DNA of 64,000 nt, from the NCBI RefSeq assembly GCF_036321535.1, contig NC_087436.1:4898001-4962000 (forward strand). The letters run 5' to 3'. This document shows positions 51,971 through 64,000 of this stretch, one piece after another. The position numbers and the translations under genes are program-made. Position 1 is the stretch's first letter, and each line of letters starts with the position of its first letter. This DNA comes from Camelus dromedarius. Its lineage: Eukaryota. The notes beneath the pieces were generated by a model that worked only from the letters and a program-made list of their open reading frames with translations, was not told the origin of the DNA and did no database searches.

Positions 51971-53549
51971 TATGTGGGTCTTTACACGAAGAAATTAATT
52001 TTACATAGTTCAGTTTGTTTTCCTTGACATCTCAGAAGCTCTTAATAATTTTTTAACTCTTAATCTCCTTCCTTCATATAATTAAAAAAATTTTTTTTTA
52101 TCTTTTTAACATTCAAAATTACAAGTATAAACCCTACAACATGTTTTATAAAAGATGCTAATGAAACACATAACATGAGGTGGGAGAAGGACAAGGTTCA
52201 CTTAATCTTTTCCTGGAGGGAGTAAGTCAGTAAACCCGTAAATTAGTGGGATTATTTAGGATGGCAGTGAGTGCACTTCTCCTGCAGAGGACAGCGTGCC
52301 CAACTAAGATTGATATACAATGTCTCTAACTCTGAAGCTCCAAATTTTAATTTTGTCCCCATCCTTCTTTGCAGATGGTCAACATTTATCCTCCCGTGTC
52401 TGATGTACAACCAGTGTCCTTTACATTTGCGCCATCGTTGGATTTGATTGATGGGGTCGGCTGTCTTCAAAGGGTAGGGATCACACTCCGGCAGTTACGT
52501 CCTCCTTAGAGTAACTGCCAGAGGTCTAACCCTCTGTTTACCCATCAAGTAAAACGTTTATGGGCTCCCAGGAGCCACAGAGACTGAGCTTAGCGCAGAA
52601 CCTCTTTAAGCCCATGTTTACAACTTCCGGACTGCTTTATCCTCGCTCTGCCCTGTCCACAACCATTTCAGGAGCCTATTTGTGGAAAGAAAGCCACGCA
52701 AGGAGCTTCGGTATTTTTACCACCACACCGCGTGCGTGCTACATTGCCTAAAATACTTTATACTAGCTTAAGCATGTTGACCTGTTCTCTTGAGACCCAA
52801 GTCTTCCATAATGTATTTTTCAAAGAAGGACTAAAAGAAAAGAAGTCACCCAATTTTGGCAAGTTTGACAGTTTTAAGAAGAGAGCTTCCTTTCTTAAAA
52901 CCTAGTTATGCTGTGGGCGTCATGGATTTGTTTAGGAGGAAGACCTACTTGATCTTTGCTTCTTATGGGAAAATGCATTTATAAAACATCTTACAAAATG
53001 CAATTTTGAGCTACTAAATACAAAAGTCTGGATTAAGCATGTTGTCGTGACCACTCAAATTCCTGTGGTCTTCATGGCTAGCCTTTGGCATCTGCAGTTA
53101 TGGAAACTCTGAAGTCCTTCTAATTTTGGAAAATATGGGTGGGATATTTTAGTCTAGTTGTGCTAGGCAAGGGTGTTGTCTTGATCAAAGCTTAAGCCTC
53201 AAAATATGTTGCTACCACTTTGAAGAAAGTTAGAATCCAGTGGGAGAAATAAATTACATTAAGTTTTATATTATGTATAAAGGGAGAAACAGTTTACTAA
53301 TTAGTATTTTGGCTACTTATGTATTTAAATTGGAAACCCAAGCATTAGCAGCTAAACCTCCTCTACTCAGCAGCATCCACAATGTTCTTCAAGGAAAAAA
53401 CATTACAAGGCTCCTCAGGCACACCTGACGTTTGACCCAGAGCCCAGGTTAAAGTTTGCAGTGAAGGCAATTGTCACATCCTTATGCTTTAATGAGATGC
53501 ACCGAGATTACAGGTTGCATTAAGACCTACGGAGCATAAGGCTGGGATA

Positions 53550-54012
53550 CGCGGTGGTTTGCCAAAATGACCACCAATCATCCAATCCTTATGTGTCGGC
53601 CCCATCAACATGCTACTTTGCCTTTTCTCATCAAGAGATAAAATTTGTGTCTTAATGGGAAAAAATATGAAAACGAATATATGTATGTATATGCATGACT
53701 GGGACATTGTGCTGTGCACCAGAAACTGATACATTGTAACTGACTGTACTTCAATATAGAAAAAAAGAAGTAAAATTTATTTCTTTACCCCTTGAATCTG
53801 GGCTTGGCCACACAATTTGCTTTAGCCAATAGGACAGGAAAAATTATGATGCAAAGACTTGAAAGGTGATTCTACATTATACCTCCCCACTTTGTCGCTC
53901 TTGGAAGCCAGACACCATGTGAATAGACTCAAGCTAGTCTGTTGGAAAATGAGAAACTCAGTGGAGGAGGCCTGAGGCGTACCAGCAGACAGTCGCCTCC
54001 CAGCTGACCCGG
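53550..54012 (+). mobile_element. MaLR LTR (MLT1G/H-like), interrupted by an L1
   Basis: 'caaaatgaccacca...catcaagag' resumes as 'tatttctttaccccttgaatctgggcttggcc...ttgctttagccaatagga...caccatgtga'. Confidence 0.75.
53654..53770 (+). mobile_element. Short young L1 3' end inserted in the MLT1
   Basis: 'atgcatgactgggacattgtgctgtgcaccagaaactgatacattgtaactgactgtacttcaa'. TSD TAAAATTTGTGTCTT/TAAAATTTATTTCTT (13/15) at 53639 and 53771. Confidence 0.9.
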
Positions 54013-55663
54013 CAACTTTCTGGAACTCTGCCTGTAGAGGAGGGAGGCATACACTCCATCCCTATAAAGATAATTCTGTTTTTAAAGTCCAGATATCAAA
54101 ACTGTTTCATTTTCTTCAATTCTCATGTGTTAAGGAGAAAATCAGAATTTGCATAAAGTGCAGAAAACTGCACATTCTTATGAGAAACCTGGAATAGACT
54201 TATGCAAAAACAGTACAAGATCAAGGTCAAGAAGTAGCTTTCAAGGAGAGCCAATTCATGATTAATAGGACTTCATGTCATGTGACTACTCCTATTCTTT
54301 TTACAATAACTCATCATGCTTTTTTAAAAGCTTATTTAATTCCTAAGAGCATTGTGCATTCTATTTATATGCATATTTATGCATTAACTACATGTTTCAT
54401 AAAGCCAAGAGAGAGTGGATATACAAACGCTTTATTATTCTGTAAATGCAAAAAAAAAACGCAGCAGGCTTTCAACGTACAGATAGACTGTCTCTAATAT
54501 GAACTTGTGTTTTGGGAAGAATAAAAACGGCTACCAAAAATAATTTGCCTCACATCTTATTATAGTGATATTTAGAAAATATAATGATATTTAGAGAAAT
54601 TAATATGTAATAAAGAGGAAAAAGAGCAATGTTATTCTTAAAGAAGTTTACAGTAGTGGAGGATGAAAATGTGTCATATTTCAAAATGTAGAGGTATTTG
54701 GTCAAGTACAAAATAAAAACCCAGTAACGAACTTTTCAGTAAGCCCTATGATTTTCTTCTGTTTTTGTTCAATTTTATTTTTTTAATTATTAAGGATTAA
54801 TCGTAAAGGAAGACAGTGTTTTCAGATCACGAAAACATGCTTATGACTCAACTTCTAAGACACTTACTTTTTCTTTCTTTAAATATGGATTATACTGCAT
54901 TTTGATATTGGTATAAACATTTTTGCTTTTATGCAGTGATCTCAGCAAAAGACTGTTATGTATTTTGAGCACTCAATCTAAGTTAATTGACTGTATTTTT
55001 TTAAATGTAAAAAAGCATCAACTTAGTAGGGTTGAATAATGTCTTGAATATGATTAATAATGAACACATAGTCAAATGCACATTACACGCAACGTGGTAA
55101 AGACCTGAAGAAGGGTATTCAGAACAGTTTAGATAAACAACAATGCTCGTGTAGAAACAAGAGCTATTTAGGCTCTGGTTCCCCCAACCGGGGATGAGAA
55201 TTAACTATCCTGTCCCTCAGGATCACAGCCTGTCCCAGTCCATTCATCTTCCAGGGTCCTTGAGACATTTCAGCTGACATCCAACTGCAGTCATCAAATT
55301 ACCTGTTTCAGAGAGGCCCAGAAAAATCATGGTCCTTCATTGATTTTCTACAAAAATACTGAGCCTGGAGTAATTACATCATGCGCTTATATATCTCTAG
55401 GGAAAAGTGCAGACAAAAAGGAATTAATCAAGGCACTGTCTACCTGAATCTCTAGTTATCATTTGATAATTCTTACCTTATGAACAAGGAGAATTACAGT
55501 TATGTAATGATGAAGATGAGGATTGAGAGGGAGGATATAGTAGATAATTTAAATACTTAATTTGAGCATCCCAAGGCTAATTACTTAGCATTTTAATATT
55601 TCTGCAAAGCTCCTTTACTAAGCAGATTAACAGAAATAAAGATTACAAGAGAAATGTTTAATC

Positions 55664-55804
55664 TTTTTTTTTAATTTTTTTTTTGGTTGGGGGAGGTAAT
55701 TAAGCCTATTTATTTATTTATTTTTAGAGGAGGTACCAGGGATTGAACCCAAGACCTCATGCACACTAAGCATTTGCTCTACCATTTGAACTATATCTTC
55801 CCTT
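55664..55804 (-). mobile_element. tRNA-derived SINE (camelid Vic-1-like)
   Basis: Reverse strand reads gatatagttcaaatggtagagc...gaggtcttgggttcaatccctggtacctcc. Perfect 15-bp TSD GAGAAATGTTTAATC at 55649-55663 and 55805-55819. Confidence 0.92.
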
Positions 55805-56134
55805 GAGAAATGTTTAATCCATTTATTACAATGATCTCTTTAAGCCATTTTGGTCATATATTATTCTAGACAAATGCATATAATTTAATTTTGATATTTT
55901 TTCTTATGTTAACAAAAAAGTTCCGAAGAAGAATTTTATTAGACAAAGCTTTGTTACAAACCAGGATTTTGTATCAGGATTAAAATTGGTGTTCTGTATT
56001 ATGCTCTGCAAGTCTGTTCTTAAAATATTTAGTACTAATATATTTTATTAAGCCAGACAGGAAACATTTTCAGTGAGGCCACACCATTTATTTTCACTCT
56101 GCTTTAATTGCTGAAGCATTTGAAGGCATGTTCT

Positions 56135-56308
56135 CTGTGGTGGGATGTGGTAAGGGGTCCTTTCATTTTGGTGGTTCTCCCTGAAAACCCTGAGGTCCAT
56201 CTAATTTTCAGACAAACCCAAACTGAGGAAGGACATTCTGCAAAACCCATGACCAGCACTCTGCAAATTGTCAAGATCATTAAAAACATGGAAAGTCTGA
56301 GGAACCTA
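56135..56308 (+). mobile_element. L1MC-type 3' UTR fragment
   Basis: 'tcagacaaacccaaactgagg..gacattctgcaaaa...tgtcaagatcattaaaaacatggaaagtctgaggaac'. Confidence 0.75.
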
Positions 56309-56657
56309 TGATCTTCTTATCTTAGGTTTCCTTGTAAGAAATGTTTATTTCTACTACAGATCGGGAAAGAGTCATTTTTTGTTTCATGCAGACAATTTTA
56401 CTTGACACTTAATGCATCAGTAAATTTAATTCAAGATGTCCTTCTGTGCAAAATATACTGAATGTCTTCTGTGTTGGAGACTTTTACAGATTTCATGATT
56501 TATTTTGTGCTGACATAAGAAATTCGATGCATAAATGGATGAGTGTGAAACATGTGCTGTGAATATAATGCTCCCAAATGTCAATGATCTCAGGTATAGA
56601 CATAGTGTCTTCACTAGCCTGGTGAGGTCTCATGTTAGAGCTTGCCAAACTTCCTGG

Positions 56658-56830
56658 CAAAGGTTTTCAACCCTCGCCACATGTCACACTCGCTTAGAAC
56701 TTTAAGATACCTGATCTCTACACCCAGGCTCCAAAGCAGAGCAATTCCATGAAAATCTATGGAGGTTGACCCCAAGCATCACTTTTTGTTAAGACCTTAG
56801 GTGGATCCCAATGAGGATGGCAAATCACTC
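56658..56830. mobile_element. MER5-like MITE, diverged
   Basis: 'ggttttcaaccctcgc...aaaatctatggagg..gaccccaagcatca.tttttg...taggtggatcccaatg'. Confidence 0.5.
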
Positions 56831-56874
56831 GCTTGAGCACAGAACTGAAGTGACCAACTTCTCCATCATCTGCC

Positions 56875-57060
56875 TTCATACAACTGGGGACAACTGTGGC
56901 CATCAGGGGACATTTGGCAAAGACTGGGAATACTGCTGGTTGTCACAGTTTGGGGGTATGGTTATCTGGTGGGGGAAGCCAACATTGTGTCTAAACACAA
57001 CACAAGAAGAATTGACTTGGACCAAAATGGCAATAGTACAAAGGCAGAGATGAGTCACTA
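56875..57060 (+). mobile_element. MER20 hAT-Charlie MITE
   Basis: 'caggggacatttggcaa...ggttgtcacag..tggggg...aagaattgacttggaccaaaatggcaatagt' matches MER20 blocks. Confidence 0.8.
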
Positions 57061-60000
57061 GTGACTCATGACCTGTAGACCAAAGACCAAATCTATGTAT
57101 CTATCATCATTTTAAAAATACTTGCTATGTATCTTTAATTCTAAAAACTCTAAGGAACAACAAAAATAAGAGATCTTTCCCCTTTCCTTTCAACTTCAGT
57201 TTGCTGTTTCTACCACTGGGACTCCTCCCTACTGCCAGCCAGTTTGAAAGTAATGGATAAGACAAAATGTCAGGCATTTCTTCCTTCCTTCCTCCCTTCT
57301 TTATTCCTTCCTTCATGTTTTTGCACATTTAACCATTATTTATATGTTGCCAAAGCAACTGCATTATTCAGTTAAATAATAGCTACCATTTAAAAAAAAA
57401 GAAACCAATCAAACCACAGAACCATTACAGGGACAGCTGAAATCACATTGCAGACTGACAGGCTGCTCCACGTATCCTTATTGTGATCTTGTAGAGAGAG
57501 CCCAGGAAAGGACACATTTTCCTCGGAAGGCACGTTTGAGCACTGCTTTAGAAAGCCGTCTAACTAGGAAAAAACATGCAGATGTATCTTCTTTACATAA
57601 TAAGCTTGTCAAAAACTAGATGAATTATAAGTTGCTGTCGTGAGGCAGCTCGAGGTAGGAGGTGATAGAAGCTGGCTGGACAGGAGTAATTGGATCTTGA
57701 AAGAGAGGTCGCAGTTAGAAAAATTCAGATGCTGTTTGCTTGGTGGGAAAGAACTGTCTTCAGTGAAGACAGCACAAGGAAGAGTAGAAAAGCTGAGAGC
57801 AGAACTTTGGTGAGGGGACAGCTGCTGTGTTAAAAAGTGAGCATAAAGTCTACACACAATGAACAAAATAGTCATCAAAAGTTGTACAGTTACTGCCTAT
57901 TTTGGTTGACTGGTAGAACTCAAACCAAATGAGTGTACTTCTTCCATCATCAGAGATTTTATGACAGGGAGAAGAGGAGGTGGTTTAAATTATCTAGATA
58001 GTTCGTTTATCCTACCATTTTAAAGTTGCATTCCTCAAGCCTTAGTGGTCTTTCGCTTATTTACAATAAAATGACTCCTTTAGTAAAGGGAATTGTAGAT
58101 TTGATCTCCAAACTATCAATTAGAAACTCTAGGTGATCCAGGGTCTCAGGGCTTCCATGATGGCCCGTGGTTGGACAGGACTGGCTAAGTCCAGGGTTGG
58201 CATCAGGATTGCCAGGCACTGAGGTACCAATAGGCTCACTCCCCATCCCGGGACAAGTTTTAATTGGTCCAAATTTATGTTGCTCATATACATATGTAAG
58301 AACTTTTCCTTAAAGGTCTTTGTTTCTTCATAATAACTGCCCAATTCTTGGAAATTCTGCATTTTTACCTTGGTTTTCTGGTTTGAACTCTTTGCTGAAG
58401 CAGCAGGCTGTCCTGAACTCCAGCCCCCAAACAGCCCTTGTCCCTTGCTCCTTATAACACAGCTTCTGGTCTCCAGAGCAGCCAGTGGACTAGAGCTAGG
58501 TACGTGTAATGACCAATAGTAATGAACTCAACTCTCCAAGTGAGCGAGTGAGTGAAAACACAATATTAAAAAAAATTTTGGTTAAGTTGTCAATGATTCT
58601 TGACCCCAAACTAAGTCTTTTCTAGATCGTAAGAGAACAAGTCAGCTTTCATCATTCGCATGTAAAAAACAGAAATGAAATATTCACAGTGATGCAAGCT
58701 GGCTTTGAAATCAGCAATCCCTGGCTCACAGCAGTCACCAAGTTGGCACATTCCCTGGAAAGGATGCTCAAAGTGGCTCACAGGAGGAATGGGAAAACCA
58801 GGTTGTGCTTCTCTCGAAAGAACAGACAGCAGCATTTCCCTTGGAATTCACATCCATGCTTGACATTCTAAGCCTGGAAGTGTGCAGAAAGATGAAAGTG
58901 TCCTACGTTCAAATCTAATTGATTTATTTACTTCTAGGAGCCAGTTGATCTAATAACAAATCTACTTGCCTCATATTTTAAAATAGCCCCAGGAGTGTCT
59001 AATTTCACTCTGTGAAGTACTTCTGGTTCGAGACGCAAAGCAAGTTAAATTAAATCCATGCGTGTTATGTTCGCGCGTGGTTCACTAATAAGATGCTGGT
59101 AGAAGAGATGTGGGTGGGAAGGAGGATGAGGCTGGCCTTTGGTCCAGGGCCTCCCGCACAGCCGTTACCCTCTCCAGCTGTCCCTGGCCCCACCCCCACA
59201 GACTCCTGTAGCAGGCTGCCCCGTGATAAACCACGTGGGCATCAGAACACTGACATCCTTGAAGATCCTCTTTCTGTAGCTGCCCTAGAAAAAAAAGTGT
59301 GCATTTACAGATGAGAATTTCAAGTGAAAGTTTTATGGGGACCAACTTCAGGAGCGGAAAAAAGAGGCAATTGAGGCCATTTATCGCAGACTGAGTAACA
59401 GGACCAGCTTGATGCTGGATGAGATCACGTGACCTCCATCTTCTGTGTTTCATAGGATGCATTAGATACTCGGGGAACTAACACGTAACAGAGAATGACT
59501 GATTCTCTTCTTATTTTCTCGTGTTTATTTTTAATACTTCTGGTTTCTTGCTTCCTTGATGTATTTGTTCAGAACACGCCCAAATTCCATATGTATTTAG
59601 TATTCACCGTTCAAAAGAACACCATACACTTCACTGTCATCACTGACCTGTAATTGAAAAGTAAGTAGTTTAGAAACCATGTTTACAAGGAAGCATTCAT
59701 CATATTTAAACCTCTATTATATAATTTCATACTCAGACTGCTTCATGATAAAAATCTTGGGATTGTTCCATTTGACAGAAGTATCATTTACGTTAATCAG
59801 TTGCACAATACTCATTGTCTGAGTATGTCTGGTAAATTATCGGGGTATCTTTAAAAAGCTATTTGACCTCAGACTTCTGGGGGTAGACCATATGAGTCGT
59901 AAGTGCTTGGCTGAACATTTCTCCATGAATACATGTTAGAGACAGGAGCAGGTATAAACAGGATCAAGTTCAGGAGAAATAGATTCAAGGTAAATCACAT

Positions 60001-61859
60001 GGAAAAAATATAGACTGTAATACCAGGTAGGACAAGTTTGTTTTTCTGCAAGAATTTTGGGACCAATTTAGAAATGATCCTACTTGACTGCAGCCTAACT
60101 GTGAGTCAGCACAGTGGGACTACGACTAACGGACCAAGCATGACAGTGACACGTGGGCGGAAAAGTACTGATCTGTTACCCTTCCTGATTAACCCACAGT
60201 TCCCCAGAAGTAATAAATTCCACTTCAGGGGTATTTTAAAATGTCAGGGTTAATTTCTTCTTTCTTGTTGTGAATGTTAACCTGTGTGGCTGCAAATAAC
60301 TACAGACAGTTGAATGAAAAAAGCAAATTATACCTACATCATCTCAAAACCTCTGCACCAAATCATCTTTGTCCAATTCCATCACTGAAACAGATTTATG
60401 CCTATCAGTTAAAGTCTGATGGAAGAAGGAATGGAATTTTAAGGACAAATCTTTAGTTTGAATAAAAAATAACAAGAAATGGTTAGGTAAACAGTAAGAA
60501 GACACTTACCTTTTTAAGGAAATCACTGCTTATTTTCTTTTTATTTATTCTGAATCGACTTTTTTATTCTTTAATAGAGTTTAATATTTTTCTCCATCAA
60601 CATTTCCTTTATTATGTGCTATATAATTCTTATTGTCATGGAAATGGGATCTTACTTCTATTTTTTTTGTCCACGATGATTGCTTGTCAGAGGGAAGTTG
60701 CCACCTTGTGTAAGTTATTCAAGAATTTAGAAACTTTAGCAAAGTCTTATTGTTTTACTAGCTTGTTTATCGACTCTATGGATGACACGTTGTTTACAAA
60801 TAAATACATTTCTTTTTAGTTCTTATTCCTCATTTCCATTTTCTTACTATGTTTGCCAGGACCTCTATCACTGTATTTATCAGAAACAGACTTTATATCA
60901 AAAATCTGCAGGAAACGGCATATTTAATTTAGACTCATTGCATTTCAGAATAGGAATGAGGCAAAGATCTTCATTATTAGGTATATTTTTTGTACTTAAA
61001 ATTTTTTGTATTTATTAACTCAAACTTAATAATTACATATTCCAACCTTCTTTTCCTATTTTAATTACATAAATGGCTATTGGTTGTCTATTTCTTCTTA
61101 CACATATTTTTACATTTTACATTCTTTCTGAAATGTATATACTTAGGGTTTTTTTCCCAACAGTTTAGCTAATAAATTTTGACTTTCAAAATTACACTTG
61201 TCAACTGTTCAACTTCTCATGGATTAATTGGTTCATCTCTTTTCTTGTTTTCTGTAGGAATACATTTTCATATCGTTCTTTTTGAAAGCTTCGTTTTCAG
61301 TAAGTATAAGGCAAAACCACTTATAAAATCCAACTGAATAAGTAGCAAAGAGAGATTTATTGCCATGACATGGGCACTTTTATATTAAAAGCAGCTTCAT
61401 CATATAATTTTTGAAGTGTATTTGCTATAGCTGTGTATGTTTAGAAATGTTTGTAAATGTTAACTAGCCTGTATTTAGGCTGATAGATTTTTGCAGTTTG
61501 TATGGTCAAAATTACGTTATCTGCGCACCACCATTTCTATTCCAACGCTTTCCTGATTCAGCAAGAATAATGTTTGTGTCGTGATCTGTGCTCGCAGGAA
61601 ATCAACATTGTTATTATAACTGCAAATAAAAATGTAATATTCAATGTTGAATCCCTAACTCAACACACCAACCTTTCAAGGCTTTGATTAGTAACAGGGA
61701 TTCAATATCAAACAGTAATTGACATTGTGTTTTTCTCCATTTTAAGCATCATATGATACTAACATAAAACTGGCATCTTTTACATTTTTGAAATTCTTCT
61801 TTTGTTAATGGAGACAAGTCATTGCCCACCACTCCTTCACTTTTTATAAATGCGTTAAA

Positions 61860-62140
61860 AAAAACACCCGAAATAGCAGTCGAGCAGAATGAAGAACAGC
61901 CGACGGTAAGTGAAACCCCGCGCCCTCCGGGACGCACCGTGAGCGCGGGGGCCCCACCCCCACCCTCCGTCGGGGGGTTCTTGCAGCTACGAGGCTGTGA
62001 AGCGGGAGCCGATGTCTCGTCTGCCGCATTTTGTCTCGGGTGTTTCATGCAGTCAGTGCCATGACCTTAAATATCAACAAAAGTTTTCGCAGGTTACGTG
62101 TTTATCCTCAGCTTCCTTGAGGACCACACGCGCGGTACAC
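61860..62140. promoter_or_regulatory. Small CpG-rich, GC-rich patch
   Basis: Dense CpGs (for example 'ccccgcgccctccgggacgcaccgtgagcgcggggg') against a CpG-depleted AT-rich background. Includes a consensus splice donor ACG|GTAAGT at 61905/61906. Confidence 0.45.
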
Positions 62141-62288
62141 GGATTGCTCTTTTGCTTGCAGTTTTGGTTTTTGAGATTCTGACTGTGAAAGTGCTTGTTC
62201 TGCCAGAACTGATCTGTTGGACACACGGAATGCAGCCCAGTCTCCTTGGGATCGTCACACAGTTTCAATTTTCAGATACAAGAAAGAA

Positions 62289-62415
62289 GGGGAGGGTGGA
62301 GCTCAGAGGTAGAGCGCGAACTTGGCATGCAGAGGCTGTGGGTTCGATCACCAGTACCTCCATTAAATTAAAATTAAATGAGTGAACCTAGTTAGCCCCC
62401 CCCCCCCAAAAAAAT
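62289..62415 (+). mobile_element. tRNA-derived SINE (camelid Vic-1-like), divergent copy
   Basis: 'ggggagggtggagctcagaggtagagcg...ggttcgatcaccagtacctccattaaa...ccccaaaaaaa'. Possible short TSD AGAAAGA at 62281 and 62416. Confidence 0.88.
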
Positions 62416-64000
62416 AGAAAGAGAAATGATTAACCAAGCCAATGTTTCTCTCAAATGTTCTTCTGTTCAGAGCACTAACTTTTTAAACATACCTTTAAAA
62501 AATAAAGGAAGAGACTTAACATGCCTTTGAAAAATAAAGCAGGAAAGAAAAGAGAAAAAAAATCTTCTAAGAAATACACTCAAGTCTTACGGTAAAGCCT
62601 CAAAATGAACAATGGAAGAGACCAAATGTCCTTAACTTTTTGAACGTATCTTTAAGAGGTCAAGAAAGAAAAGAGAACAAAAATCTTCCAAGAAATGTGC
62701 TCAGGCCCTATGATAAAGTCTCAACACAAATGAGGGAAAAGATACAGTGTCCTTTATTAATATTCTGTAATCTCAAAAACTGTCAAAATGCCTTGATTTT
62801 GAAAGTTAAATATTTGCCTTCTCGTATTAAACTTGACCCTGCCCACTTTGCAGTGCCTAAAAGTCCAGGCTCCAGGGCTTGGAGTAATTCTTTTTCCCAT
62901 GACTGTAACCTACTGTGCCTTTAAAGTGAAAGTTAAAATCATAGAACTAGTTGAATTAACCCCTTACATTTCATAACTTCACCTTTTCTTTTTTTTAACT
63001 TCTTACATCCAGAATTGTGCCCACAGATGTTTGCACTACAGAAAACACCCTACAGTCCACCAGCAACACCCCGATTATGAAGAGAATCATAAACGTGTAG
63101 AGAACAGCAATGCTCAAAAACCTGGACCCTGTGTATCTCCTGCATTTATTTTGTAGAAGATCCACGTTCTTGTTATCACTAAATTCTATTGCCACTGTGT
63201 TTCCTTTTTGAATTACGTTATTGTTTTGGAGTAAGATATTCATTTTTTGATGAAAGTTACATTTAGAAAGAAATCATTAAAAACAGCCTAGTTCCTGTGA
63301 AGCAGTTTTGAGTCCTTTCCAGTGAGCTGAATACTGCCTCCTTAGTCAAGCTTAAGAAATCTGTTAAAGATGAATTTCTCTTGGGCAAAACTGTATGTAG
63401 AAATAGCTTTTATAAGTCATTCCTAATTAATCAAAAAAAATTTATGTCTTCCTGTTGGTTACCAAAACATACCCAGGACAGGAATTAAAGCTTGATTGGA
63501 AATGAGCCATTTTTTTCAGGCTTCAGAAAATTAAAAAATATATATATATATCTAGCTCAATGTCTCAAAACTCTGGGAATGATTTTGGTCTCAAAACTAT
63601 ATTTTATTTTAACCTGAGCCATTTGGCTAAATACCTTAGTTTTCAGCTCCCCATTAGTTATAGAACTCATAATGTCCAAAATAAAATTTTAAGCAATAAC
63701 ATGAATCTATACAAGATTATTCTTAAATACCACATAATCTGTTCAGGCAAAATAAGCAAGAATATAAAAATTTATATTTTTGAGAATGGCCCAGGCATAT
63801 TGGACAAATCGTCTCTGGACAGAGGTAGGAATTTCAAGAGAACTAAGTCTCAACCTTTGAAATATTTCTTCTGCTCAAATTAATATATTCATTTATTGAT
63901 TTATTGTTAAAAATGAACAAAACCAGTATTTGTAGAATGCTTTGCCTCAAGGAAGACTCAATTTTGACACTGCCATGAAAATTCGAGAAAGAAAAGTTAA

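Noticed and set aside
63007..63139. Minus-strand hydrophobic segment (RFLSIAVLYTFMILFIIGVLLVDC) ending at a GTAAGA donor
   Set aside because: The acceptor lacks a pyrimidine tract, the peptide is unrecognised, and T-rich strands give hydrophobic translations by chance.

Overview
This is mammalian nuclear DNA, most likely from a camelid. That assignment is an inference from four tRNA-derived SINEs of the Vic-1 type and from artiodactyl-style L1 3' ends. The window is AT-rich and looks intronic or intergenic. I could not recognise any protein-coding gene. The only ORFs with clear homology are decayed LINE-1 ORF2 pieces (1-256, 30302-31258, 41157-41787, 44181-44978). It holds many interspersed repeats: young 5'-truncated L1s with target-site duplications (TSDs), ancient L1M, L2 and MIR, MaLR MLT1 LTRs, hAT MITEs (MER58A, MER5, MER20), and one clean 520-bp ERV1-type solo LTR with a 4-bp TSD. 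Repeat family names come from recalled consensus sequences, not from a database search, and boundaries of old repeats are approximate. The best leads are two candidate L1 3' transductions, two patches where old repeats appear shifted from A/T to G/C, a perfect 20-bp double AP-1 palindrome at a MER20 end, a consensus CTCF motif, and a few unassigned candidate exons. I found no convincing new biological system.
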